NCBI GenBank assembly: GCA_035622275.1
Contig: DASPVQ010000020.1
Span: forward strand, 86,067 to 150,066
Direction: 5' to 3'
DNA length: 64,000 bases
Source of the DNA: Thermoplasmata archaeon
GTDB lineage: Archaea > Thermoplasmatota > Thermoplasmata > Lutacidiplasmatales > UBA184
The translations under genes were made by a program, and so were the position numbers. Below the pieces are notes generated by a model. That model saw nothing but the letters and a program-made list of their open reading frames with translations, was not told where the DNA came from and ran no database searches. Of the stretch, positions 36,160 to 46,171 are shown one piece after another. Numbering within the stretch: position 1 is the stretch's first letter; every line of letters begins with the position of its first letter.

Positions 36160-37185
36160 TTAGGATTTGTGCGCGCCCGATCCGGCGGTCGACGCCAGGC
36201 TCGCGGCGAGCCGTTCTGCCGCCGTCTCGGGGGAGACCGGGTTCACCGGCAGCTCCCCGGCGAGCTCGAAGCCGTCCGGCCGGACCAGCCGGGGGACCAC
36301 CTCGATGTGCCAGTGGAACGGCGCGCCGAGGCGCTCGGGCAGGCCGTGCGCGCACCAGTTGAACGAGGCTCCCGGCACGACCGCGTCGAGCGCGCGCAGG
36401 AGCGCGGGCAACCGCTCGGCGAGCGCGTCGACCTCCGCCTCGGTCGCCTGGGCCAACGACGGCCGGTGGACCCGCGGGACGATGCGCATCTCGTAGGGGT
36501 GCTCCGAGCCGAAGGGAGCGACCGTGGTGAAGTGCTCGTCTTCGACGATCACGCGGCGAGCCTCGGTCCGCTCCGCGCGCGTGGTCGCCTCCAGGGGGCA
36601 GTCGTCCCCGCCTCCCGAGGAGCCCGGGCCGAACCGGGCCGCCTCCTCCTCGAGCCGCCGCGGGCGCTGCTCGGTCGCCACCAGCTGGGCGTGCGGGTGC
36701 CAGAGCGTCCCGCCGGACTCCGGCCCCCAGTTCTCGAACAGGACCGCGCCGGCGATGTCCGAGCGCGACTCGAGCAGGCGCAGGCGCTCGCGGTACATCC
36801 GGAAGAGCGACCGACGCGCCGCGGCATCCAGGTACGGCATCCCCGGCGCGTGGCGGGGGCTCTCGATCACCACTTCGTGGACCCCGCGAGCGGCAGCCCG
36901 CTGAAACGGCGCCCGGCTCAGAGGGCGCGCGGGGCTCAGGTCGACCGTCGGAAACTTGTTCGGGATCACTCGGATGGACCAGCCGGGCCCGTCGGGCCGG
37001 GAGCCTGTCGGTCGCAGGGCAGCGAGCTCGGGCGGAGTCCGGGCCTCGTGCCCCTCACAGAACGGGCAGTCCAGATCGTCGATCTGGACGGGGGCCGGGG
37101 CCGAGTGCTCGTTGGGTCGGGCGCCACGGCCCTCGGCGATGATCGTCCAGCGACCCGTGAACGGGTCCCGTCGCAGCTCCGACAT
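36160..37185 (-). CDS. galT: Galactose-1-phosphate uridylyltransferase (GalT, HIT superfamily)
   Basis: The zinc site CPFCEGHE and the HPH active-site motif (LWHPHAQ) are present. It is 341 aa. Confidence 0.75.
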   Translation of the reverse strand: MSELRRDPFTGRWTIIAEGRGARPNEHSAPAPVQIDDLDCPFCEGHEARTPPELAALRPTGSRPDGPGWSIRVIPNKFPTVDLSPARPLSRAPFQRAAARGVHEVVIESPRHAPGMPYLDAAARRSLFRMYRERLRLLESRSDIAGAVLFENWGPESGGTLWHPHAQLVATEQRPRRLEEEAARFGPGSSGGGDDCPLEATTRAERTEARRVIVEDEHFTTVAPFGSEHPYEMRIVPRVHRPSLAQATEAEVDALAERLPALLRALDAVVPGASFNWCAHGLPERLGAPFHWHIEVVPRLVRPDGFELAGELPVNPVSPETAAERLAASLASTAGSGAHKS

Positions 37186-37210
37186 CGCGGTCGAGCGGAG
37201 GAGGCCGGGT

Positions 37211-38341
37211 CTATTGAGCCCGCGCCCCGGGATCGGCCCCGGGCGACCGTTCGTTCGCGGGCGCGAAGTGGTCGAGCGACGCTTGGCGCTGCGTTCGCTC
37301 CGACAGGTGCTCGGTTCGCACCGAGACGGTGCGGACCGAGCGGCCCCTCCGGGCCTGCTCCGACGCCCACAGCTCCCGTCCGAGGCGCAGCGATGCCGCG
37401 ACGAGCGGCTCGGGACCCTCGTGGGCGGCGCCGAGGGACCGGCTGCGCTGGGATCGCTGGAAATCCGCCCAGCGGAACGCGACCCCGACCGTCGCGTAGC
37501 GAAGCCCTTCGCTCTCGAGGCTTGATGCGAGGTCGACCGCGAGCGGCCGCAGGGCGTCGGCGAGCTCGCTCCAGGTCGTGGCGTCCCGAGCGAACGTGCG
37601 GTCGGTGGAGCGCGACCGCGGCCCGGAATCCACCTCCGTGGGATCGGTCGCCTCGCCCCGGGCGAGCAATACGAGGTCGCGTGCGAAGCCGCCGGCGCTC
37701 GATCGCAGCTCGGAGGGGCGCCGGGACGCTAGCTCGCCGATCGTCGTCACTCCGGCCGCTCGCAGGCGGGCCTCGGTCTTCGGCCCGACGCCGGGGATAG
37801 CGCGGACCGGCAGCGGGGCGAGGTAGCGCGCCTCCTCGCCCGCCCGCACCACCTGGATCCCGCCCGGTTTCGCGCGATCGCTGGCGATCTTGGCGACCAC
37901 ACGGCTCGTCGCGACGCCGATCGAGGCTGGCAGGTGGAGCTCGTCGGCGAGGGCCCGCTGGATCGTCAGCGCGAGGCAGCGGGCCGTCTCGGCATCTGCC
38001 ACGTCGAGGCGGACGGCCGCCTCGTCGATGCTCAGCGGCAGCACCTCGGGCGAGAAGCGTCGGAGGAGCGTCCGGACCTCCTCGGCGACGCGGCCGTACT
38101 TGGCGAAGTCGGCCGGTACCCAGATCGCGTTCGGGCAGAGCCGGGCCGCTTGCGCCACGGGCTGGGCGCTGTGGACGCCGAAGGCCCGCGCTTCGTAGCT
38201 CGCCGAGAGGACGACCCCCCGCGTCGGCGCGGCGGCCGGGGACGGCCCGACGATCACCGGTTGACCGAGGAGCTCGGGCCGGTCCCGGCTCTCGCAGGCG
38301 ACGTAGTAGGCATCGAGGTCGACGTACAGTGTCCAGTGCAT
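37211..38341 (-). CDS. dinB: Y-family DNA polymerase IV (DinB/Dpo4-like)
   Basis: The N-terminus is VDLDAYYVACE. The stretch SIDEAAV and a little-finger domain are present. It is 376 aa. Confidence 0.85.
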   Translation of the reverse strand: MHWTLYVDLDAYYVACESRDRPELLGQPVIVGPSPAAAPTRGVVLSASYEARAFGVHSAQPVAQAARLCPNAIWVPADFAKYGRVAEEVRTLLRRFSPEVLPLSIDEAAVRLDVADAETARCLALTIQRALADELHLPASIGVATSRVVAKIASDRAKPGGIQVVRAGEEARYLAPLPVRAIPGVGPKTEARLRAAGVTTIGELASRRPSELRSSAGGFARDLVLLARGEATDPTEVDSGPRSRSTDRTFARDATTWSELADALRPLAVDLASSLESEGLRYATVGVAFRWADFQRSQRSRSLGAAHEGPEPLVAASLRLGRELWASEQARRGRSVRTVSVRTEHLSERTQRQASLDHFAPANERSPGADPGARAQ

Positions 38342-38395
38342 GGCACGGCGCGGCCCGAGAGGCCGATGAGGGCTTGCCGCTTGCGCCCCCCCGGG

Positions 38396-39121
38396 CTACG
38401 GGGCGCCGAAGTCGACCGCCTTCGCGTCAACGGCGATCCCCCCCGGGCCGATCGCGTAGGGCTGCACCGTGCGCGCATGCGCCGTCCGGCGCATCTTGAG
38501 GATCCGCAGCGACAGGCCGATGCGGTGGCCGTCGGCGCCGCTGCTGTAGCCGAGGACGAGGACGCCGTCCGAGACGTACTCACTGAGCCCGTCCCGGCTC
38601 ACCTCGGGGTGACGCGGGTCCGCCTCCGCCGTGAGGACCGCGGTCGCACCGGCCTTGCGGCAGGCACCGGCGAGCGCGAAGAGCGTCGCGCGTCGGTTCG
38701 GCTCGTCGTCGCTCAGCATGTTGAGCAGCGAGACCGAGTCGACGACCAGCCGTTGCGCGCCGAGCTTCGCGAGCTCCTCGCCGAGCTCCCCCTGCACGCG
38801 GTGGAGGCTCTGGCGCGTCTCGCGCGGGTCGAGCCGGACGACCTTGAGGGTCCCCGCGTCGACCGCGGCGTCCACCGGCCAGCGGAACTGCCGTGCGGTT
38901 TCGAGCAGCTGCGGGATATCCTCTTCGAGGGAGAGAAAGACGCCCTTCTCCCCGGCCCGCGCGCCGGCCAGGAGGAACTGCAGGCCAAAGCAGGTCTTGC
39001 CCGTGCCGGGGAGTCCGGTGACCAGCACCACGTGGCCCTTGGGGAACCCTCCGCCGAGCATCTCGTCCAGCCCGCCGATGCCGGTCGGCACCCGCGGACG
39101 CGCCGACTCAGACCCGCTCAT
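38396..39121 (-). CDS. KaiC/RecA-superfamily ATPase (single KaiC-like domain)
   Basis: The N-terminus is PTGIGGLDEMLGGGFPKGHVVLVTG. Walker A is LPGTGKTCF. Walker B is LVVDSVS. It is 241 aa. Confidence 0.7.
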   Translation of the reverse strand: MSGSESARPRVPTGIGGLDEMLGGGFPKGHVVLVTGLPGTGKTCFGLQFLLAGARAGEKGVFLSLEEDIPQLLETARQFRWPVDAAVDAGTLKVVRLDPRETRQSLHRVQGELGEELAKLGAQRLVVDSVSLLNMLSDDEPNRRATLFALAGACRKAGATAVLTAEADPRHPEVSRDGLSEYVSDGVLVLGYSSGADGHRIGLSLRILKMRRTAHARTVQPYAIGPGGIAVDAKAVDFGAP

Positions 39122-40025
39122 ACTGCGTCGTCACCAACCCGCTCTTCGAGTTCACCTGGATCACGAACCGGCCCTGGTGCTCGACCGGCAGGCGGGCGAG
39201 CACCGGCATGAACTTCTCGATCAGCATCGCGCGCTGCCGGTGGCTCGAGGTCGCGCTGGCGAGCCAGCTGAAGTGCAGCACGCCGTCGACCGAGTCGAGC
39301 ACCGCCTGTTCGACCGGTGCCGGGGCCACCCCCTCGGACAGCACCACGTAGACGAGGCCGCCCCACTCCTTGGCCCTCCGCCGCAGCCCCTTGAGGAGCG
39401 CGAGCACGTCCGATGACTCGACCCCGCGCCGGACCAACAGGTCGGTGAGGGAGTCGAGGATGACGAGCTGGTTCCCCTCGATGCCGTCGATCGCGTCGGC
39501 GAGCGCCCGCAGCGGTCCCTCGGTGGGGGGCGCGGGCGCGGTCGTGGCGGCGAGCAGCGGCCGGGGCACGCTCGACCACGAGGCCGGCACGACCGTGTCG
39601 GCAAAGTAGGCGCTCGAGAGGTCGCCGAAGATGAGGTGACGGTCGAGCACGGTAGAGTAGACGCCGTCGAAGGCGCCCCGCATCTCGCCGATCATCTGCT
39701 CGCGCGATCGGCTCGTGCTGAGATAGATCACCGACTGGGGGTAGGAGAACGGGCCCTTCGCCTGGCCGAGGAAGAAGCGGTGGAGCCGCGGGTCGTCCCA
39801 GCGCAGCATGAGGTGGACGGCCGAGGTGAGCGCGAACTCCTGGTGGCCCGCGCCGGCGGTTCCGAACAGGAGGACGACCGACCCGGCGGGCAGCCCGCCG
39901 GTCAGGTAGTCGAAGTCGGGCACCCCGGTCGGCACGCGCGCGACGCCCCCGCTCAGCTCGGGAGGACGGAACGGGCGCGAGGAGCGCACCGGGATCACGA
40001 ACGGTCGAGGAGAATCGGTCGCCAT
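39108..40025 (-). CDS. KaiC/RecA-like paralogue with degenerate Walker A (probable pseudo-ATPase)
   Basis: The N-terminus PTGVPDFDYLTGGLPAGSVVLLFGTAGAGHQEF lacks the Walker A Lys/Thr (GAGHQ replaces GxGKT). Walker-B-like VILDSLTD is retained. It overlaps the downstream KaiC-like gene by 14 nt. Confidence 0.55.
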   Translation of the reverse strand: MATDSPRPFVIPVRSSRPFRPPELSGGVARVPTGVPDFDYLTGGLPAGSVVLLFGTAGAGHQEFALTSAVHLMLRWDDPRLHRFFLGQAKGPFSYPQSVIYLSTSRSREQMIGEMRGAFDGVYSTVLDRHLIFGDLSSAYFADTVVPASWSSVPRPLLAATTAPAPPTEGPLRALADAIDGIEGNQLVILDSLTDLLVRRGVESSDVLALLKGLRRRAKEWGGLVYVVLSEGVAPAPVEQAVLDSVDGVLHFSWLASATSSHRQRAMLIEKFMPVLARLPVEHQGRFVIQVNSKSGLVTTQYERV

Positions 40026-40073
40026 GGAGGCCGGGATCGACGCGGCTCGAGCCCGCGGTTGAGTATTAGTAGG

Positions 40074-41426
40074 CTATCCTGCACCCGCGGCCGACGACGT
40101 CCGGCGCGCCCCGTCCTTGAGGTACTCGCGCAGCAGCACGGTCGCGTAGGCGCCCTTCGGCAGGGCGAAGCGGAACCGCACCGCCCCCTCCTCTCCCGCG
40201 AGTCCCATCGGCGGCGCCGGCACGACGATCGGTCGGTACGTCCCCCGACTGGCGAGCTCGGGCGCCGCCCGGACCGCGAACTGCGCGCGCTCGATCCCCT
40301 CCTCCGCGAGGATCCGTTCGAGCAGGCGACCCGCCTCCCCCACGGATGGCGGCGAGTCGAAGCCGACGATCGGGCCACCGACCCGCGCGCCCCCCCGGCG
40401 GACGAGTTCGGCGCACTCGGCCCGGTTATCCGCCTCGACGGGCACGGAATCGTTTCCCCGGATCGTGCCATCGCGGCCGATCCGGAGGATCCGGTCGCCC
40501 TCGACGGGTCCGTCGAGCGGCAGGCCGCCGGCCCGGCGGTCAGAGAGCCACCGATTGAAGATCCACGACTGATAGGCATGCACGAAGAGCGTCCGCAGAT
40601 CCCGCGAGAGCGCGCGCAGGGCGCGCTCGGGGGAATGCCCCCGCGCGAGGTGCTCGAGCAGGCGATGCTCGAACCGGTAGGTCGCCGGGAACTCTCGGAG
40701 CGCACGGGCCGGATCGTGGTGCTCGGCGAACGCCACGCGGGCCGCGTCGCCCGGGCCGGGCTCGCCCTCCACCGGGCGCTCCGCCAGATAGACGTCGACC
40801 GCGCGCGCCAGATCTCCCCGAACGATCCAGCGCCCGACCTCGTGGGTGACCGGCCGCACCTCTCCAAAGCGCTGGGGCCCGAAAAAGTTCGGGAATCCCG
40901 GGCCCTCCCGCAGGCTCCGTTCGGTGCGCCGAAACGACTCGAGGGCCGCCTCGGTCCCCCGAGCGAGCTCGGAGACGACGATGTCGAACGCGTTCCCGTA
41001 GTGGTGCCCGAGCACGAGGCCGTCGCGTGCCCGGTACCAGCCCCGGAGCTCGACATCGCGCAGCCCGAAATCGGTCTCGGGGGGTGGGCCTCGATAGGAG
41101 AACAGCCGCTGGGAGACCGCGCGCCGGTCCTTCGTGCCGGACCAGTGGACCGAGCCCGGCGCGAGGTGGAGGCGGCGGGCCACCGCCTCCGCGAGCTCGT
41201 GTTGCTCCCAGTCCCGGCTGGCGAGCGTGAGGACGACGTAGCTGCCCTCGGGGTCCGGCAGCGGATGGCTCGAGATCTCCGTGACCCGGAACGCCTCGGC
41301 CGACGCCTTCAGCGCCCCGACGACGCCGGGAGTGTCGGTAGCGTAGAAGCCGAGACCGAGCCGTTCTTCCCGCTCGGGGGGCCGCCAGGCGCCCTCCGCC
41401 ACAGCGCGCGCGAGCGCGGCCGACAT
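40074..41426 (-). CDS. truD: tRNA pseudouridine(13) synthase TruD/Pus7 family
   Basis: The catalytic motif GTKDRRAVSQ (GxKD) and NFFGPQRFG are present. It is 450 aa. Confidence 0.75.
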   Translation of the reverse strand: MSAALARAVAEGAWRPPEREERLGLGFYATDTPGVVGALKASAEAFRVTEISSHPLPDPEGSYVVLTLASRDWEQHELAEAVARRLHLAPGSVHWSGTKDRRAVSQRLFSYRGPPPETDFGLRDVELRGWYRARDGLVLGHHYGNAFDIVVSELARGTEAALESFRRTERSLREGPGFPNFFGPQRFGEVRPVTHEVGRWIVRGDLARAVDVYLAERPVEGEPGPGDAARVAFAEHHDPARALREFPATYRFEHRLLEHLARGHSPERALRALSRDLRTLFVHAYQSWIFNRWLSDRRAGGLPLDGPVEGDRILRIGRDGTIRGNDSVPVEADNRAECAELVRRGGARVGGPIVGFDSPPSVGEAGRLLERILAEEGIERAQFAVRAAPELASRGTYRPIVVPAPPMGLAGEEGAVRFRFALPKGAYATVLLREYLKDGARRTSSAAGAG

Positions 41427-41469
41427 TAATTAGTCAAGGGGCGGTGCAGGACGCCGTCGAAGGCGGCGG

Positions 41470-41949
41470 ATGATCCTCGCAACGGCCCGCGTGCTGAGGA
41501 ACGTCATCGAGATCAAGGTCGGGGACGCGCTCTGGGAGTGCCGGCCCGTCCAGTCGGAGCAGCAGGGTGTCGGCGCCGCCGTGGCGGCGCTGTTCTCCAC
41601 CGAGTACCACACGTTCCTGCCCGGCCGCCCGGCCGAGGTCCACTCGACGGTCACCTACCTGCGCAAGAACGACGAGATCCGGATCCAGGTGGGCGACCAG
41701 CGCTGGCGCACGGTCTCCCAGCCGCTCGGCCCGATGACGGTTGACTACAACGGGGTGCACCTCACCATCAACGAGCGCCTCACCGGCCGCTTCGGCATCC
41801 TGCGCGGGAACGAGTCCGTCGCGACCGTGCAGCTCGGCTTCCGCTCCTGCCGGCTCGAGGGCTATCCGAGCGAGCTCGAGCCGTTCTTCGCGAACCTCGC
41901 GCTCGGCTACGTGATCCGCACGCTCACTTGGGAGACGTTCTTCGCGTGA
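41470..41949 (+). CDS. Hypothetical protein
   Basis: It is 159 aa, starts at ATG, has no recognisable motifs and appears beta-rich. Confidence 0.35.
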   Translation: MILATARVLRNVIEIKVGDALWECRPVQSEQQGVGAAVAALFSTEYHTFLPGRPAEVHSTVTYLRKNDEIRIQVGDQRWRTVSQPLGPMTVDYNGVHLTINERLTGRFGILRGNESVATVQLGFRSCRLEGYPSELEPFFANLALGYVIRTLTWETFFA

Positions 41950-43357
41950 GCTCCGCGCCGTCCCATCGGCGGGGCGGCGCGGGGACGGCCGCCCGCGTGC
42001 TGCGCGCGAGCGTCGGGTGCCGGTGGCCCGCGCTGTGGGGCAGTCGGAACAGGTGGAACGGGATCGGCGCGAGCATCAGGCCGCCGACGATCACGATGAG
42101 CGCGGCGAGCGAGTAGGTGAGGTGGACCCCCCAGGTCGCGTACAGCCAGCCCCCGAGCAGGGTCCCGATGAGGCCGCCGGCGCCCGCCACCGCGCTATAA
42201 AGGCCGAGCGCCCGACCGCGCGCCGAGCGGCCCACGAGCCGCACGAGGAACAGCGTGCTCGCCGTGCTGATGAACGCCCAGGTGACGCCGAGCAGCCCGT
42301 TGAGCAGCGTGAGCCAGCCGAGGAGCGCCGGACTGCCGAGCCCGAAGAGGACGTAGAGCGGACCCCACAGGAACAGCAGCATCAGCCCGACGCGCCCGGC
42401 CAGCGAGCCGAGGAAGATCCGCTTGGGAGAGTGCGTGTCGACCGCCCGGCCCGAGTGGAAGAACAGCGCCGTCGAGGCGACCGCCGCGCCCAGGTAGACG
42501 ATGAAGACGCCGGCGTCGGTGAAGTGAGCGTTGCGCCAGAGGAAGACCGGGAACGGGCCGTAGAAGATGTCGAAGCCCGCGCTCATCACCCCGAGCGCGG
42601 CGAGGAAGAGGTACTCCTTGCCCGGGAGCTTCTGCGCGCTCGAGCGGGTCAGGTCGATGATGCCGACGACGCGGGTGCGGATCTGTCGCACGCGTTCGGT
42701 CACTCCCGGATGGAGATGGATGAGGTCGGAAACGCTGCGACGCTCGATGCGATCGTTCGGCTCCTCGATCCAGGCCCAGGCGATGCCCGCGGACAGCAGG
42801 GCGAGCGCGCCCGAGAGCAGCAGCAGCGCCGTCATCGCCGCGATGACGTTCTCGTTGACCCCGATCACGAAGAGCCAGACGAAGCCGAGCGCGAGGCCCG
42901 CCGTCGACCCGAGGCCCGAGATCAGACCGAAGAAGCCGATGTCGGTCGGCCACCAGCGCTTGTGGCGGGTCTCGAGCAGGAGCATCGTCCCGATCGGGGC
43001 GCTCGCCGCCGACGCGAGGCCCTCCGCGATGTTCAGCCAGAAGTAGGTGAGGATGTCGCGGGCGAGGGCGATCGCGATGATGCTGACACCGGTCGCGAGG
43101 AACGACGCCACGAGGAAGTACTTGCGGTGCGCGACCCGGTCGGACAGGTTCCCCCACAGGATCGTGAACGGTACCTGGCTCATCGCGGAGGCCGCGATGA
43201 TGATCGTCACCGCGAACGCGCTCGCCGAGAACTTCTGGAGCGCGAGGAGGGGGATCAGCGGGGTCGCGATCCCGTCGGAGATCGCGAGCGGCAGGTAGGC
43301 CAGGAACCACAGGTCGCTCGTCGACGGCCGGATCGGGACATGCGCCTTGATGTCCAT
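41924..43357 (-). CDS. MFS transporter
   Basis: It is 477 aa with about 12 TM helices. The MFS-type loop motif GNLSDRVAHRK is present. Confidence 0.7.
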   Translation of the reverse strand: MDIKAHVPIRPSTSDLWFLAYLPLAISDGIATPLIPLLALQKFSASAFAVTIIIAASAMSQVPFTILWGNLSDRVAHRKYFLVASFLATGVSIIAIALARDILTYFWLNIAEGLASAASAPIGTMLLLETRHKRWWPTDIGFFGLISGLGSTAGLALGFVWLFVIGVNENVIAAMTALLLLSGALALLSAGIAWAWIEEPNDRIERRSVSDLIHLHPGVTERVRQIRTRVVGIIDLTRSSAQKLPGKEYLFLAALGVMSAGFDIFYGPFPVFLWRNAHFTDAGVFIVYLGAAVASTALFFHSGRAVDTHSPKRIFLGSLAGRVGLMLLFLWGPLYVLFGLGSPALLGWLTLLNGLLGVTWAFISTASTLFLVRLVGRSARGRALGLYSAVAGAGGLIGTLLGGWLYATWGVHLTYSLAALIVIVGGLMLAPIPFHLFRLPHSAGHRHPTLARSTRAAVPAPPRRWDGAELTRRTSPK

Positions 43358-43480
43358 GCGCGGACGCCGAGAACCTCGGGGTGGCAGGGGATTGCCGGGG
43401 TCCGAGGGATAAAGGCGGCGTTCCTCGCGAACCCGGGCGCGGTCCGTGCGCCGACCGGGCGAGCGGGCGCGTTCGACGAC

Positions 43481-44068
43481 CTACTTCGCCGGCACCCCGA
43501 GCGTCCCGAGCAACACCCGGTGCTCGGCCGCCGAGATCCACTCGACCTTGAGGTAGTCGCGCAGGAATCGATCCGACACGCCGAGCTCGCGCGCTTCGTC
43601 CACCACGAGCCGGTACGCCTCGATCTCCGTCCAGCGGTCCACGTAGCGGACGCCGGGCTCCCACAGGTTCGCGCCGCCGCGACGCTGCCGCACGTGGCAG
43701 AGCTCGTGGTAGATGTCCATGAACAGCACGAGCGCGGGGCTGTCGCGGAGGTGACTCTGGCCGACGACGATGCAATCGGAGCCCGGCGCGACGACCGGCC
43801 GCCAGCGCCCTTTGAACTGGGGCGGCAGGTCCCACGGCGCGACGTACATCCACATGTCGGCGTCGACCACCTCGATGCACGTGTCCTCGAACATGCGCTC
43901 GCGCCTCGCGGGGTCCGGCTCGAGGCGGCGAGCGATCGGCAGCGCTTCGAGACCGGGGAACGCGGCGAGGAGCGGATGCCGCCCGACCGGGAGGTCCCGG
44001 ACGATCCGGAACCCCTTCGGAGGGTCGGGCTCCGGCTCCGGCGGGGGTTTCGACTTGGCGCGCGGCAT
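43481..44068 (-). CDS. Putative HExxH zinc metallopeptidase-like protein
   Basis: The motif IYHELCHVRQ is followed by EIEAY about 26 aa downstream, a gluzincin-like arrangement. The start is taken at ATG 44068. Confidence 0.35.
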   Translation of the reverse strand: MPRAKSKPPPEPEPDPPKGFRIVRDLPVGRHPLLAAFPGLEALPIARRLEPDPARRERMFEDTCIEVVDADMWMYVAPWDLPPQFKGRWRPVVAPGSDCIVVGQSHLRDSPALVLFMDIYHELCHVRQRRGGANLWEPGVRYVDRWTEIEAYRLVVDEARELGVSDRFLRDYLKVEWISAAEHRVLLGTLGVPAK

Positions 44069-44188
44069 CGCGGCGGGTCGAAGAGACCTCACAGATAACC
44101 TCCGCGCCCGATCGCCCGTTCGGTGACATGGGAGCACCCCTTTTCGGTTGGAGCGCCTCCCTGATGCGTGCGCTCCTCTCCTGCGACG

Positions 44189-45130
44189 ATGACGCTGGTC
44201 CGCGGGCTGCGCGTCGGCCAGGTCGAGACACCCGACGGCACGAGCGGCGTCACGGTGACACTGTTCGTGCCTCCCGCACCCGTCGTGGTCGATGTGCGCG
44301 GGGGAGCGTCGGCCACCTTCGACATCGCCTCTCTGGGCCTCGACGCCACCTTCGGCCGACGCTGGGCGGTCTTCTTCGCCGGCGGCAGTCTCTTCGGCCT
44401 GGACGCCGCGCGCGGTGTACGGGTGCGTATCGCCGAGACCGGTGGGGGCCAGAGCGCTTTCGGGAACCCGAACCCCGTGATCCCGATCTCGGGGGCGGCC
44501 CTGTTCGACCTGCCCCGTCGTTCGGGCCCGGTCCCGGACTATCTGCCCCTCGGCTACGAGGCAGCTCGCCGCGCCGGCCGGGCGCCCGTGGCGTGCGGCC
44601 GAGTCGGCGCGGGCGCGGGGGCGACCGTGGGAAAGTACCTCGGACGGGCGCGCGCGATGCTCGGCGGGATCGGCTCGGCCGCGCGGCGGATAGGTCGGCT
44701 CGGTGCCGTGGGCGCGCTGGTCGCCGCCAACCCGGTCGGCGCCGTGCGCGATCCGTCCAACGGCCGCTGGCTGGCCGGCGCGCGCGGTCCGCGAGGAGAG
44801 ATCCAGCCGCCGATCGAGCGCGCCCGCGGTCGGGATCGACCGACCGGCACGACCCTCGCGCTCGTCGCAGTGGAGTTATCCGTCGGCCGAGCGGCGCTGC
44901 AACGGATCGCTGCGATGGCGCATGCGGGCCTCGCCTCCGCAATCCACCCGTTCCACAGCTCGACGGACGGGGACGCGGTGTTCGTGGCGTCGACGGGCGT
45001 CGTGCGGCGTTCGCCGAGGGAGGAGCGGCCCGGGGAGCTCGCGGACCGCCTGGGCACGGCGGCGTCGGAGCTCGCCGTCGCAGCGCTGCTCGATGCGATC
45101 CGGGCCGCGAACCGCTCCGCCCGTCGTTAG
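44189..45130 (+). CDS. DmpA/OAT-like (peptidase S58, Ntn-hydrolase fold) aminopeptidase family protein
   Basis: The protein is Gly-rich and beta-rich (GVTVTLF, ACGRVGAGAGATVGK, TTLALVAVE), consistent with the S58/DmpA family. Confidence 0.55.
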   Translation: MTLVRGLRVGQVETPDGTSGVTVTLFVPPAPVVVDVRGGASATFDIASLGLDATFGRRWAVFFAGGSLFGLDAARGVRVRIAETGGGQSAFGNPNPVIPISGAALFDLPRRSGPVPDYLPLGYEAARRAGRAPVACGRVGAGAGATVGKYLGRARAMLGGIGSAARRIGRLGAVGALVAANPVGAVRDPSNGRWLAGARGPRGEIQPPIERARGRDRPTGTTLALVAVELSVGRAALQRIAAMAHAGLASAIHPFHSSTDGDAVFVASTGVVRRSPREERPGELADRLGTAASELAVAALLDAIRAANRSARR

Positions 45131-45705
45131 CCGGTCGCGCGGCGACGCAGCGGTGTCCCTCGAAGCCCGCGGATCAGGTCGGTCTTCGTGGCGATGCCGA
45201 TCGGCTCACCACGACGGGCGACGAGGACCGCCGGGTACCGTCCGAAGAGTCCGGGGAGGAGCTCGGCCGGGAACGCCTCGTCCACGACCGGGTAGGCGCT
45301 CTCGAGGATGTCGCCCACCCGGGTCCGCTTCGCCCCGGGCAGCGCGAGGGCTCGCAGGAGTCCCGCCTCGCTCACCGAGCCGACGACCCGCCCCTCCTCG
45401 ACGACGGGTAACTGGGAGAACGCCCCGCTCTCGAGACGGTGCGCGGCCGTCGCGAGGGTGGCGGTGGAATCGATCGTCACGAGCTCGCGGTTCATGATGT
45501 CCGCGACGGTCAGTCGCGGCGTCCGCGTCCCTTCGTGCATCTCGAGATAGGCGAGGATCCGCTGTACGAGCTCGTAGGAGGGTCGGATCTGGCCCCGCTC
45601 GATGCGCGAAAGGGTCGCGGTGCTGCGCCCGACGGCCCGCGAAAGCTCACCCAGCGAGACCCCGAGGGCCGTGCGGCGTTTGCGGACCTCGGTGAGTTCG
45701 TCCAT
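45127..45705 (-). CDS. HTH (XRE-type) plus CBS-pair transcriptional regulator
   Basis: The helix-turn-helix LGELSRAVGRSTATLSRIERGQ is followed by two CBS motifs. The start is at ATG 45705. Confidence 0.7.
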   Translation of the reverse strand: MDELTEVRKRRTALGVSLGELSRAVGRSTATLSRIERGQIRPSYELVQRILAYLEMHEGTRTPRLTVADIMNRELVTIDSTATLATAAHRLESGAFSQLPVVEEGRVVGSVSEAGLLRALALPGAKRTRVGDILESAYPVVDEAFPAELLPGLFGRYPAVLVARRGEPIGIATKTDLIRGLRGTPLRRRATG

Positions 45706-45877
45706 GGCATCGCCCCAGGTCCGACCGGACCGACGGGGGCCGCTCGGCCGTACCGCGGTCCGCCGATATCCTTTCCCGGAGGCGGTCGGATAACTCGCCG
45801 CGCCGCCTCCCTCGTTCCCGGCGCTGAAATTCCCCGAAGGGTACAAGTTCCCGGACCGCTTCCCGGTGGGCGAGACC

Positions 45878-46138
45878 ATGAACGCGCCGTCCCGGCAGAT
45901 CTCGTGGATCAGCCCGCCGCCCGAGGTCTGCACGCTGTGCAAGGAGCCGCTCGGCAACCCGGCCGAGACCAGCTCCTGGAACGGCAGCCCGGCCCACCGC
46001 GACTGCGTCCGGGTCCATCTGCTGCAGCGGGACCCCGCGTTCCGGGAGACCGGCGAGGGGACCGACGCGCCCGAGGAGGGCGCCGACCAGTTCGACGGCA
46101 TCCTGCCCCGGGACGATGACGACGCGGACTTCGAGTGA
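45878..46138 (+). CDS. Possible small Cys/His-containing protein
   Basis: It is about 86 aa with CTLC...HRDC and an acidic tail. It sits in an otherwise unassigned 500-bp gap. This may be a spurious ORF. Confidence 0.2.
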   Translation: MNAPSRQISWISPPPEVCTLCKEPLGNPAETSSWNGSPAHRDCVRVHLLQRDPAFRETGEGTDAPEEGADQFDGILPRDDDDADFE

Positions 46139-46171
46139 GCCGGATCTGTCGCTTCCGGCGCTTCGCAACCG

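Noticed and set aside
42017-44231. 693-aa + ORF and 678-aa - ORF
   Set aside because: Both are charged or Arg-rich shadow frames over the MFS transporter and HExxH genes. The MFS and HExxH frames have coherent TM and motif content.
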